A stretch of DNA of 26,442 bases from a virus (lineage: Duplodnaviria > Caudoviricetes), in IMG/VR virus record IMGVR_UViG_3300025018_000484, positions 1 to 26,442 of that record. The stretch is one strand, 5' to 3'. The position numbers were made by a program, and so were the translations under genes. The notes under the pieces were generated by a model, which saw nothing but the letters and a program-made list of their open reading frames with translations, was not told the DNA's origin and ran no database searches. Below, piece by piece: positions 1 through 8,944 of this stretch (position 1 is the stretch's first letter; each line of letters begins with the position of its first letter).

Positions 1-35
1 TTATCGTCGCCCCATGTTGTAATTAGAGCTCAATC

Positions 36-245
36 ATGGATGACGAACCCGAAAAACACATTGACCTCAACCCGTCTGAATACAGGCGCTTGGATGTCCC
101 CAGGCGCGAACCCATCTTCGGCCCCGGAATTTGGGTGCTGCTAGGCAACGAAGATTTATGGGCAGCGCTTATCGTGGCGTGTATCTACTATTGGCTCCAA
201 TCAAAGGGGTATATGGATGTATTCCGCGAATGGCTGCTCGGTTAG
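36..245 (+). CDS. small membrane protein, opposite orientation to the virion operon (moron-like)
   Basis: 69-aa ORF with hydrophobic segments (IFGPGIWVLLG, LWAALIVACIYYWL). It converges on the end of the 692-aa gene without overlap. Confidence 0.6.
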   Translation: MDDEPEKHIDLNPSEYRRLDVPRREPIFGPGIWVLLGNEDLWAALIVACIYYWLQSKGYMDVFREWLLG

Positions 246-256
246 CAGCCCGGCTG

Positions 257-2335
257 TCACTGAGCCCCAGCCGGGCCGGTTTGCGTTCCTTGCAACTGCA
301 TGAACCGCGTCGTCAAATCCCGAACGGCGTCCATATATTTCGAGTTCTTCGCCGCACGGCTCGCAACAGACGCGATTTTCGCCGGGTCATCAGAAAGCAA
401 CAAATCCGCGATGTTGCGAAGCATCCGCTCGTCGATTTTGCGGCCTGCATACTTCCCAACGCCGCCCGCTGCTGCCGCACCGATCCCGACAAGGGAAGCA
501 TTCTGCCAATCGCCAGTTACTGCGCCATAGCCTGTCCCGCTAACTAGCCCAAGCTCAACAAGTTGTCTTGTTGTCGTAGTGCCACCCAACGCGCCCCGCA
601 GCGAATCCATCCCGGTTTCAATACGAACGAAGGCTTCGATTTCTTTGGCCTTCTGAGCCCCAAACGCCAAGGTCATCTTCTCCCGCGCCTCTGGCGAACC
701 GAAGACGCTCTTGACGACATTCACGCGGTCGCGGGTGCTGTTGATCTTGTCGATAAGCTCCGAAGCGTAGCCGACTTGGAAAGCTTTCTTTTCAGCCGGG
801 TTTAGCTTTTCAAGAGCCTTCGCCATTTCTGGCGTATTCCTTGATGCCTTCGCATACTTTTGACCAGCGTCAATCGCGTCTTCCGCCCCGAAGGCCGCAG
901 CAGCTCCTGCCCGCGCTTCCTTGTATGTCGGGTTAGCTTCATCAAGCACGTTGATGATTTCACGCCGCAGATTTTTGTATGCATTGCCGACTTCGCCAGC
1001 ACCGGATCGGTAATTCTGGTCTGCCGATGTGCGAAGGCCGCGCTGTATGTAATCCCACTCTCGCAGAGACGGCGCACGGCGGAATGTCACAGTGTCCGCA
1101 GTCTCGTCAATGTTGGCAATAAGCTGCTCGCCAAACTCCCGGCCTTCAGACTTTGCAACTTTCATTGCATTGCGAACGGCAGACGCTGGTACACGCTGCT
1201 GAAGCGCGTCAAGCTCAATTGGATGAGTGCCGCCAAAATTCTGATTGTACGCCTGCGTGTATTTCATCGAGTTAGATGCCCTTGCACCTTCCTTGACGCT
1301 TTCACGCAATGCCAGGTCGTCAACATTCCCGCCAACAATACGACCGATCACGGCTTTTGCGCGTTCAGACTGGGTATTGAACCTGTCTTCAGCAAGATCG
1401 GTGAACCTGGCCCTTGTTTCAGGCGACACGTTAGACGACGCGCGGGCAAGGGCGCGGGTGGTTTCGCCCCCGCGATCAACCAGCCTGACATCCTGTCCGT
1501 TCACGCGGGCAATAGCGTCATCGGCAGCGGATACGGCTTCTCTGCCCTTATCGGCTGCGATTGCTGCCGCGACACGACGCTCCGCATCAGTTTTTGGGCT
1601 GAACACGCTACGCGCTGCGTTAGATGCCGTGTCCCATCCCTTGCGGACGCCAGCCCCGATCACGGGGATTGCACCACCAGCCACGCCACCTACAGCCGCG
1701 CCATATCCAGCACCCTCACCCTTTTCGCCGTAATCAGCAGTACCCGCGCCGGTAACGCCGCCATATGCGGCACCTTCCGCCGCGCCAGCCGCCGCACGTG
1801 TCATAAGGCCGCTATTTGCGGCCCTTGCTGCGAGAGAACCGCCACCCTTGGCGATAGCGCCACCAGTAACAATAGCGCCTGCCAGATCGCCAGCGGTTGA
1901 CGCAATAGGCGAACGCTCACGACGGCGATCTTCAAGCTCATTCTGCATCAGGCTTTCACGCTTATATGCTTCGCCGTAGCCAACGCCATCCTTGATCATG
2001 CGGACAGGCGCACCTACCGTTGCGCTATATGCCTCGTCGCTCCATCCGAAAAGCGGATCAATTACAGCGTCCTGAGCTGGAGAATTGCCCGTAGCCCGCT
2101 CGACGCGGCTGGCGTCCATATTGGCGCGGACAAGATCATCCTGGTTCTCTCCACCAGCAGAAGATTGGGTCAGCCGTGAAAGCTCCGCCAAACGTGCAGA
2201 TTGAGCGGAAGCTTCAGACACATCACCATCGACAACGGGAGCGGATTGCCACCAGTCACCGTTTTCTGCAGGCGCTGGCGCTGGGGCACCCGACGCCAAT
2301 GGGGCAGATTGCCACCAGTTCTCTGTATCAGCCAT
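257..2335 (-). CDS. putative internal virion / DNA ejection protein (large)
   Basis: 692 aa, Ala/Gly-rich with GxxxG-like tracts (AAAGAAEGAAYGGVTGAG). It has a duplicated N-terminal WWQSAP motif and is the last gene of the tail block, where podoviruses place ejection proteins. Confidence 0.65.
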   Translation of the reverse strand: MADTENWWQSAPLASGAPAPAPAENGDWWQSAPVVDGDVSEASAQSARLAELSRLTQSSAGGENQDDLVRANMDASRVERATGNSPAQDAVIDPLFGWSDEAYSATVGAPVRMIKDGVGYGEAYKRESLMQNELEDRRRERSPIASTAGDLAGAIVTGGAIAKGGGSLAARAANSGLMTRAAAGAAEGAAYGGVTGAGTADYGEKGEGAGYGAAVGGVAGGAIPVIGAGVRKGWDTASNAARSVFSPKTDAERRVAAAIAADKGREAVSAADDAIARVNGQDVRLVDRGGETTRALARASSNVSPETRARFTDLAEDRFNTQSERAKAVIGRIVGGNVDDLALRESVKEGARASNSMKYTQAYNQNFGGTHPIELDALQQRVPASAVRNAMKVAKSEGREFGEQLIANIDETADTVTFRRAPSLREWDYIQRGLRTSADQNYRSGAGEVGNAYKNLRREIINVLDEANPTYKEARAGAAAAFGAEDAIDAGQKYAKASRNTPEMAKALEKLNPAEKKAFQVGYASELIDKINSTRDRVNVVKSVFGSPEAREKMTLAFGAQKAKEIEAFVRIETGMDSLRGALGGTTTTRQLVELGLVSGTGYGAVTGDWQNASLVGIGAAAAGGVGKYAGRKIDERMLRNIADLLLSDDPAKIASVASRAAKNSKYMDAVRDLTTRFMQLQGTQTGPAGAQ

Positions 2336-3792
2336 TACGGTTTTACCCTCATAGAGCCGTCAGGAGCGATAAACTTTGTGCCGGATGGCAATGCATCGAA
2401 CTCATCTTTACTCGCCGGTTGTGGTGCTTGCGTAGCACCCTGCTGTTCCGGGGATGGCTGTTCTTCAACTGGCGTCTGATCCGGTCCCGCATCAGGGCCG
2501 TTAACGATTTGGTCATAGATCCGACGAACGCGCTTGAGGTTGTATTTCAACTGTTCCTCGTCTTGCGACTGGCTAAGGTTACCAAGCGCCGCCTGCAGAA
2601 GGTCCATTTCAGATTTGTTGATCGCGCCGAGTGCGCCACCTGTCGGAGAGCTGTCCCGCATGGCTTGCAGCTTATCAAAGCCGCTGTTTGCCCTAACCGT
2701 CTGGATCAACTGACCGACATTGAATGATTGCGTTCCTGGGACATTAGAAAGAAGGCCACCGACAGGCCCGGATGTAGGCAGAAGCCCCTGATCAAGCCCT
2801 TCAAGTGCGCGGTCAATGTCCTCAAGAACCACGTTTCCACTTCTTGCGGCGGATTCCTTGCCGACCCTTTTAGTCTCCACAAGTCGCTCCGCCTCAATCT
2901 GCGCGGGGCTTCCTGGAATTGCTGCGGCCCTTGGGAGCCCTGTCTCTGGATCGACTACAGGCTTGCCCGTCTCCGGGTCCAAAACATACCCGAAATCGGT
3001 GCTCAGTTTTCCGAGACCCGGCGCGCCGTCCCCAACATTAACAGTTGTCGCGCCAGCTTTTTTGTTGCCAACGATCCAGTCTTGGATCGTGCCTTCATAA
3101 CCCTGCGCGACCGCCGCATCATACTCGCGCATGTCATCGGTCGGCTGGGATGGCTTCCCATAGTTCCCGACCGGCTCGACATCGCCAGTATCAGGATAAA
3201 CCCATGCGACGGTCCCGTCAGGAAAGGTTTCAAGCTTTCGATTAACGCCCTTTGCCTTGTCCGTCCGGTATGTCTCATAAGCCTCTTGCGGCGTCATAAA
3301 CCCATTGCGGGCTGCATCGGCCAATTCCGGCGACATGCGGTCCAGATATTCAATCTGCTTTGCCTGTTCGGCAGCGGCTTTGGCTTGGTCGGCTGCTTCT
3401 TTCGCGAGCCTGTATTCCTCTTGCGCGATTGTACGCTCACGGTCATCCTTGATGGCCTTCGCGCCCATAAAGCCTTGAGCGAATGCAGACATTGCATTCC
3501 CAGGTTCTTTGTACCCTTGGCGAGTAGCGTTCACCAATTCGGCAGGGCTAAGTTCATAGATACGGCGCACTGATGGCGGTACGGGCTCGGATGGCGCGGC
3601 GGGCGCGGTAGGTGCGGCAGGCGCAGGTTTCGGTACAGACGCACCCCCAGGCGCTACAGGCGCAGACGGGGCCATTGGAACCCCGCCGATCTGATCGGGC
3701 CGGGGCTGCGGCATAGGGCCGTTCTGTGGCAACATCTGATACGTCGCAACAGGCACAATCACCGGCTGGTCGTTTTGAACTCGGTTTCTCAT
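2335..3792 (-). CDS. putative DNA ejection/transfer protein (P22 gp20-like position)
   Basis: 485 aa with a Pro-rich N-terminus. Motifs GFDKLQAMRDSSPTGGALGAI and C-terminal FDALPSGTKFIAPDG are of the kind seen in podovirus injection proteins. Stop/start overlaps with both neighbours. Confidence 0.6.
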   Translation of the reverse strand: MRNRVQNDQPVIVPVATYQMLPQNGPMPQPRPDQIGGVPMAPSAPVAPGGASVPKPAPAAPTAPAAPSEPVPPSVRRIYELSPAELVNATRQGYKEPGNAMSAFAQGFMGAKAIKDDRERTIAQEEYRLAKEAADQAKAAAEQAKQIEYLDRMSPELADAARNGFMTPQEAYETYRTDKAKGVNRKLETFPDGTVAWVYPDTGDVEPVGNYGKPSQPTDDMREYDAAVAQGYEGTIQDWIVGNKKAGATTVNVGDGAPGLGKLSTDFGYVLDPETGKPVVDPETGLPRAAAIPGSPAQIEAERLVETKRVGKESAARSGNVVLEDIDRALEGLDQGLLPTSGPVGGLLSNVPGTQSFNVGQLIQTVRANSGFDKLQAMRDSSPTGGALGAINKSEMDLLQAALGNLSQSQDEEQLKYNLKRVRRIYDQIVNGPDAGPDQTPVEEQPSPEQQGATQAPQPASKDEFDALPSGTKFIAPDGSMRVKP

Positions 3793-4943
3793 TAGTACAG
3801 CCCCGCCACTTTAACAGCATTGCTTGCTTGACTACCGCCCAGCGCCGACTGCAAAAATGCGCCGAGGTCGCCAAAGGACTGGTTATTCGGCGTTGAAGAC
3901 GAGCCGCTGGAAGACGATCCGACCTGCCCCGGAATGCCGTTAAGCACGTTGACAAGCGACGTGAGCTGGTTTTGATCCCAGTTCTCACGCGCCCAGAAGT
4001 CGGTGTAATCGGCGTTGAGCTGGTTTTGCGTCCAGTTGCGGTCATATTGGTCGAAGCCTTGCAGATTGCCGAGCCAGTCGGTTGTCGCCTGATAGTCGGT
4101 AAGGCCCATATTGTTGCCCATGTTGGCAAAATTGGCGTTGTTCGACATCCACTGATTTTGCAGGCCCGCGTTCTGGAATGCCGTACTGGCCTGACGGTTC
4201 AAATCATTGTTGAGCCAGCCCATAGAGCTTTCATAGCCCTGCGCATGGACCTGAGACGACAGGTCACCAATGGCTTCCATAAGGCTTTGATTGAGGTTGT
4301 CGCTCTCGATACCATGCCGGGAATCTCCATAGGCCCCGGCTGCGAATGCAGATGTGCCGAGCCGGTTGCGCGACCGCTGGCCTTCCTCGTCAATCCGGCG
4401 GATGGAATTGTCCAGAACTTCCGACAGGTACGGGTTGAGATAGTCCTTATAGGTCTTCGCGCCACCACCGCCGCCACCAGTCGGCGTTTTCGGCAAATCC
4501 TGCTTGAGCATATCCATGTTGAAGCCGTCATCGTCTAGCAGCGACTTCCAGAGATAGTTCGCGTTATCAGGATTGAAGAACGTATCAATCCGCGTCCCCT
4601 GATTAGGCCCGCCGCTCAGGTTGCTCATGATGCGGAATTCATCGGTGTCGTAGGACGAATTACCGATCGCCCGCGTGAACTGATCAAGGCCACCGGTAGC
4701 GTTCGCCGTCCAGTTGGCATCATCCAGCCACCACGAATCCCCGGTACTTGTGTCATACGGTCGGCTGAAAAGATCGGTGTACACATTGGAAAGCGCGGCG
4801 GTACGGTCTGACCCTTGCGCCGACCCGAGGATCTGCTTTTCGAGGTCAGCCCCGGAATAGCCGGAACTATTCCACCATGCGGCTTCATCGGCCCCCGGTG
4901 TGCGCCCAAACGCTTGCTGGTATAGTTCTTCAACGGTCGCCAT
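3792..4943 (-). CDS. putative internal virion / ejection protein
   Basis: 383 aa, Gln/Asn/Gly-rich. The YLNPYLSEV...AGAYGDSRHGI segment is typical of podovirus pilot/ejection proteins. N-terminal VEELYQQAFGR.../VYTDLFSR... repeats. Confidence 0.6.
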   Translation of the reverse strand: MATVEELYQQAFGRTPGADEAAWWNSSGYSGADLEKQILGSAQGSDRTAALSNVYTDLFSRPYDTSTGDSWWLDDANWTANATGGLDQFTRAIGNSSYDTDEFRIMSNLSGGPNQGTRIDTFFNPDNANYLWKSLLDDDGFNMDMLKQDLPKTPTGGGGGGAKTYKDYLNPYLSEVLDNSIRRIDEEGQRSRNRLGTSAFAAGAYGDSRHGIESDNLNQSLMEAIGDLSSQVHAQGYESSMGWLNNDLNRQASTAFQNAGLQNQWMSNNANFANMGNNMGLTDYQATTDWLGNLQGFDQYDRNWTQNQLNADYTDFWARENWDQNQLTSLVNVLNGIPGQVGSSSSGSSSTPNNQSFGDLGAFLQSALGGSQASNAVKVAGLY

Positions 4944-4968
4944 TATCGCGAATCCTTATTTCAGCCGA

Positions 4969-5571
4969 TTACATCAAAGGCCATGCTTGGCCTCGTGGCC
5001 CCATTTCACCGGCCTGATAGTGTACCCGCCCCTGCGGCTGACCCTGCCCCTGGCTTTGCGGCGTGGGCTGCTGAGCCTGCTGGTATTGCTGTCCCCCTGC
5101 ATTCGCGCCAGCCTGCCACTGAGGGCGGTAGGGCGTGTTTGTCGGAAGCATGGACTGGACATCAACATCGTTGTATCCGCCAGAAAGCTGCACACCATTG
5201 CCGCCATAGTCGCCAAGCATGGTCGGAACCGAAACCTGATTTGGGGACATATTCATCATCTGGTTGATGCGATCCTGATACGGGTTGATACCCCGCGCCC
5301 TGTCCATCATCTGACCATTGTTGATTGCCGCAATAAACGGGTTCATCTGGTCGCGGCTTTCGGTCGGCTGCGCCACGCGATCACCTTCAAATTCGGGGAA
5401 TGAACGCCCGAATATGCCGGGGATGCGGTCAAAAATCCTCTTGATTTCCGCGTCCAGTTCCGGGCTGACCTGCGGCGTGGTCGAGCTTTCTTGCGTGGTC
5501 GTGCTTTTACCGCCACCCGTAAGGCCCCCGATAAGGGACGCGCCCGCGCCAATAATGCTGCCTAGATCCAT
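4969..5571 (-). CDS. putative small ejection protein (P22 gp7-like position)
   Basis: N-terminus MDLGSIIGAGASLIGGLTGGGKSTTTQ (hydrophobic Gly-rich, then Ser/Thr tract). RBS GAGGTG upstream. Confidence 0.6.
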   Translation of the reverse strand: MDLGSIIGAGASLIGGLTGGGKSTTTQESSTTPQVSPELDAEIKRIFDRIPGIFGRSFPEFEGDRVAQPTESRDQMNPFIAAINNGQMMDRARGINPYQDRINQMMNMSPNQVSVPTMLGDYGGNGVQLSGGYNDVDVQSMLPTNTPYRPQWQAGANAGGQQYQQAQQPTPQSQGQGQPQGRVHYQAGEMGPRGQAWPLM

Positions 5572-5580
5572 TTCATCACC

Positions 5581-5829
5581 TCATTGAGTTCTGTTTGCGC
5601 CGCGTTTCTTGACGTCCGTGACCAGCGTGGCGATAAGATTGGCGATATCGGAAGTCGTCGCCGTCGAAGGCGTCAATTCCCGCGTTTCGGTGTAGGCCCC
5701 GGTTATGGTGTAGGCGTCGAAAACCGCTTCGATGTCCTCATATGAAGCCAGCTCAACCTTGCGGATGGCGTTGACAAGCCATTGCGTTTCCTGCCCCTGG
5801 ATAGGCTTGCCGAAGACCATCTTTCTCAT
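5581..5829 (-). CDS. hypothetical virion-associated protein
   Basis: 82 aa. ATGA overlap with the upstream 759-aa gene. Confidence 0.65.
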   Translation of the reverse strand: MRKMVFGKPIQGQETQWLVNAIRKVELASYEDIEAVFDAYTITGAYTETRELTPSTATTSDIANLIATLVTDVKKRGANRTQ

Positions 5830-8105
5830 CGTCTTGATCCGCTGGTCTGGATAAGGATTGTCGGAACATCGATAGCGAAATCACCGTCGATCACGGTCTG
5901 GGAGAACTTGCCATTGTGCCGCCTGCCCTCTACTCGCAAATCCTCAAGTTCGGATGTCTCGGCCAATGTGACCGTTTCCGTGTCAATCGAGGACGTCTGG
6001 TTCCGGTCATATGTGGTGATCGTGTAGGTTACGTCACCGGCTTGGCGGATGAAGTTCGGGTCGATCCCGAATACCTCGTGACGGACGCCACCGCGCGCAA
6101 TGTCTACCGTCGCATATTCGATATAGGCTTCCATCGCCTCGCCGTCCGCGTTCAAGCCGACCTCATGCTTGTAAAGCTGGCCGCTTGTCGCCGCCTGGAC
6201 CGGGTTTTGTGCGCCGCTATCAAAGACTGCGCCGGTCGTGCGGGTTTCTGACCCATTGACCCAGGAGAAGTCGTCAAGGCTGATAATCACGTACTTGGAG
6301 GGCTCGCCAGACTGGACGGGTACGAAATAGGCGTGAACCGAATTGGTCACCGGATTATAGATCAGCCAGCTTTTGGAAAACTGTAATTGGTCAGCCTGAT
6401 CGAATACCCAGCTTTCCAGATCGTCGGAGCGGGGAACGTCAGAAACCGACCCATTCCACAGATGGAACTTTGTCCGCGACATCCAGAACGGACCAATCGG
6501 CGTCCTGCAAAATGCCATAGGGCCGCACAACCCGGCATTTGATGCTGAGAGACGCGTGTCATAGACAAAGTTCGATCCGGTGTATTGATGCTCGTAACAG
6601 GCCGTATCCGTCCAGATCAGGTTCATGCCGTTTGAGATAGAACAGCCAGCGATCAGTGCCGATCCTTCCGAAACCCGCCGCCCCGAGTTGGCAGTGTTCG
6701 TGCTTGTCGGCGTCCAGTTATTCACGCTGTCAACCGAAGCCCATGCGAACAGAAGCGGGTCTCCATCAACTCCGAGCGCGTGAAGATGGCGTTCTTCCGT
6801 CTGGAAAGCATATCGCAGGCTCCCAGGCGCATTGGGGATAAGCTCAGCCCTGCCGCCTTCCGACGAATCCCAATAATAGATCGATCCGCCAAGCGGGCTG
6901 AAAATCGCATCCTCGCCGATGTTATCAACCGCTACGCTGCGAGGATCGTAATAAATCGGGTCGAGGACAAGCGTTGTGGAGCCAAAAGCACCGAAACCGA
7001 ATGAGCCCATTCCAAAGCCGCGCTGCTCAATCACGCGGTCGGCAGGACCAGGGGAAATCTCGAACTCAATAAGGACCGTCCCGCCGCCCGATGTCGAAGA
7101 CGTTGCTGACGCGGAATGCGTGATCTTGAAGCTGTCAGCGTCAACAACTTCCGTAATGCGATAGAACCCGTCCAGGGTGACGCCGCCAACCGCAGATGCA
7201 CCAGAAATCCAGACGCCATCATTGTAGGCCGCACCATGCGCGGTATAATCAACCGTTACGGTTGTGCTGCTGATTGTCGTGGTGAAAGGGTCAGTCTGGT
7301 AAAATAGATAATCGACCTTGCCGCCGCCGCCTGAAACGGTCGATGTGGCCTTGTCGATGAAATACCGGGTGACAGTCCCGCCGCCTGTTGCAGCCGTGGC
7401 GGTCCCGCCGAGCGTGATCGTGTAGCTGGCGTCATCCACAACGGTGATTGCATATTCGCCGTCTGGCGTCTGGCCACCAACTGCGGTCGCACCGGAGAAA
7501 TACGCCATATCGCCCGTAGCAGCCCCGTGAGCGGCGTCCGTGACCGTGCAGGTGGTTGTGCCGTCCGTGGTGAAAGGGTCTGTCAGCGTGTCCTTGTCGT
7601 CGTTTCTGATCAGCTTGATGTTGTCCACGTCCGTGACGCTTTCAACTTCATACTCACGCGAAAGTGTTACGCCGCCGATCTTCGACCCGCCGTCCCATGA
7701 ATTGCCATAGAACCGGATCACGTCGCCCACGCTCATCCCGTGCGCAGTGTATTCAAGCGAGATGATGCCAGACCCGCTTGTGGTCGAAAACGCATCCTCA
7801 AATGTCGTGTTGAACCGGAGCGGCGTGATGTCGATGGGCTCTATGCCATCCGTCGAGCCGTAAATCTTGAGATGCGTTCCAAGGCCATAGAGCGGACGGC
7901 CCTTGACGGTATTCCATGCCCGCATTCCCCTTGCGCGGCCCTCAAACAGCGTCGTGTTATAGGCTTCATACCCTGCCCGCTTGGAGGCCCTGCCGTCCTT
8001 GAACACCACATTCTGCGCATCAATCCACCGGCCTTTTGCGCCCTCCCGTGACAGCGACTTGTTGACGCCTGCCGGGATTGTGAGTTGTATGGATTGTTCG
8101 GCCAT
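5826..8105 (-). CDS. tail nozzle / packaged-DNA stabilisation protein (P22 gp10-like) with three inserted beta-rich repeats
   Basis: 759 aa. N-terminal GRWIDAQNVVFKDG, beta-propeller-like body and position after the adaptor/fibre genes. Three repeats of the form PFTT..T.TV...AHG...GD. Confidence 0.65.
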   Translation of the reverse strand: MAEQSIQLTIPAGVNKSLSREGAKGRWIDAQNVVFKDGRASKRAGYEAYNTTLFEGRARGMRAWNTVKGRPLYGLGTHLKIYGSTDGIEPIDITPLRFNTTFEDAFSTTSGSGIISLEYTAHGMSVGDVIRFYGNSWDGGSKIGGVTLSREYEVESVTDVDNIKLIRNDDKDTLTDPFTTDGTTTCTVTDAAHGAATGDMAYFSGATAVGGQTPDGEYAITVVDDASYTITLGGTATAATGGGTVTRYFIDKATSTVSGGGGKVDYLFYQTDPFTTTISSTTVTVDYTAHGAAYNDGVWISGASAVGGVTLDGFYRITEVVDADSFKITHSASATSSTSGGGTVLIEFEISPGPADRVIEQRGFGMGSFGFGAFGSTTLVLDPIYYDPRSVAVDNIGEDAIFSPLGGSIYYWDSSEGGRAELIPNAPGSLRYAFQTEERHLHALGVDGDPLLFAWASVDSVNNWTPTSTNTANSGRRVSEGSALIAGCSISNGMNLIWTDTACYEHQYTGSNFVYDTRLSASNAGLCGPMAFCRTPIGPFWMSRTKFHLWNGSVSDVPRSDDLESWVFDQADQLQFSKSWLIYNPVTNSVHAYFVPVQSGEPSKYVIISLDDFSWVNGSETRTTGAVFDSGAQNPVQAATSGQLYKHEVGLNADGEAMEAYIEYATVDIARGGVRHEVFGIDPNFIRQAGDVTYTITTYDRNQTSSIDTETVTLAETSELEDLRVEGRRHNGKFSQTVIDGDFAIDVPTILIQTSGSRR

Positions 8106-8123
8106 AAATTGCAGCCCTATGGT

Positions 8124-8471
8124 TTAGCGGTAGCGCCAGAGAGCGACAGCAAGGAACATCGCCAGCCGCTTCAGGCTAGACACGCCATCGGCTTTCAACG
8201 CCTCGTGAAACACCGCCGCGCTTTCGACACGCGACCAGCCGTCAATCAGCATGTGATCGTGCAAGGCTGCTGCTTTGAGGAATCGCCGATCTTTCGGGTT
8301 GAACGCCCATTGGAAGAGGCCGGGAATGGACACATCGAAGCGGAACCCGGCAGGGACCACATAGGTCAGTCCGGAGCCCTTCCGCCCGATGTCCCACCGG
8401 ATGGGTGCATCGGTCAGATAGTCGCCGCCGCCGATGTCGACCACCGGCAGGGCGTCTGTGTAGGCGCTCAT
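8124..8471 (-). CDS. DUF1353-family phage protein
   Basis: VPAGFRFDVSIP...KAAALHDHM...F.EALKADGV matches my recollection of the DUF1353 pattern. Coupled to the upstream gene by ATGA. Confidence 0.75.
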   Translation of the reverse strand: MSAYTDALPVVDIGGGDYLTDAPIRWDIGRKGSGLTYVVPAGFRFDVSIPGLFQWAFNPKDRRFLKAAALHDHMLIDGWSRVESAAVFHEALKADGVSSLKRLAMFLAVALWRYR

Positions 8472-8944
8472 GGCCAGCCATCATTTACGTCGACGGCATC
8501 AAGCGCGGCCTCGTCTGCCGCCGCCTCGATCGCGTTCTTCAGCACCCACGACGCCGCATAGACCGACGCACCCCACGCCGCCATCGAGAGCAGAACATTG
8601 AGCCCATCCGCATATGAAAGCGTGATGTCGGTGTTGTCCTCTGCGCGAAAGTTCGCGCCTTCGAAAGCCCCAGCGCCGCCCATGACAGCGGCGGAGTAAG
8701 CCGCCTGCGAAGTCAGCCAGTTGATCCGGTCATCAGCATCACGTGTTTGCAGCACCTTGACGCCGTGCGGTGCGCCGAAGTCGTGACTGTAGCCGCCCGA
8801 CAGAGTAGTGCTGACAATGGTGTTGACAGCGGCTTTTTTGGTGGCTTTTAGACTGGCCAGAGTTGGGGCCGGTATCTGCGCTTCTTCACGGGTCCGCTCA
8901 ACCATTTCGCCTGTGTCAGTCAGTATTGTGACCATTTCACTCAT
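8468..8944 (-). CDS. tail fibre assembly/chaperone-like protein (DUF4376-like)
   Basis: 158 aa directly after the fibre. LASLKATKKAAVN...LKNAIEAAADEAALDAVDVNDGWP C-terminus. Confidence 0.65.
   Translation of the reverse strand: MSEMVTILTDTGEMVERTREEAQIPAPTLASLKATKKAAVNTIVSTTLSGGYSHDFGAPHGVKVLQTRDADDRINWLTSQAAYSAAVMGGAGAFEGANFRAEDNTDITLSYADGLNVLLSMAAWGASVYAASWVLKNAIEAAADEAALDAVDVNDGWP

Noticed and set aside
860-1900. 346-aa + strand ORF (also 2728-3573, 10817-11635, 11451-12218, 13666-14763, 14964-15830, 18398-19141)
   Set aside because: Antisense shadows of well-supported - strand genes in GC-rich DNA, with no recognisable motifs.
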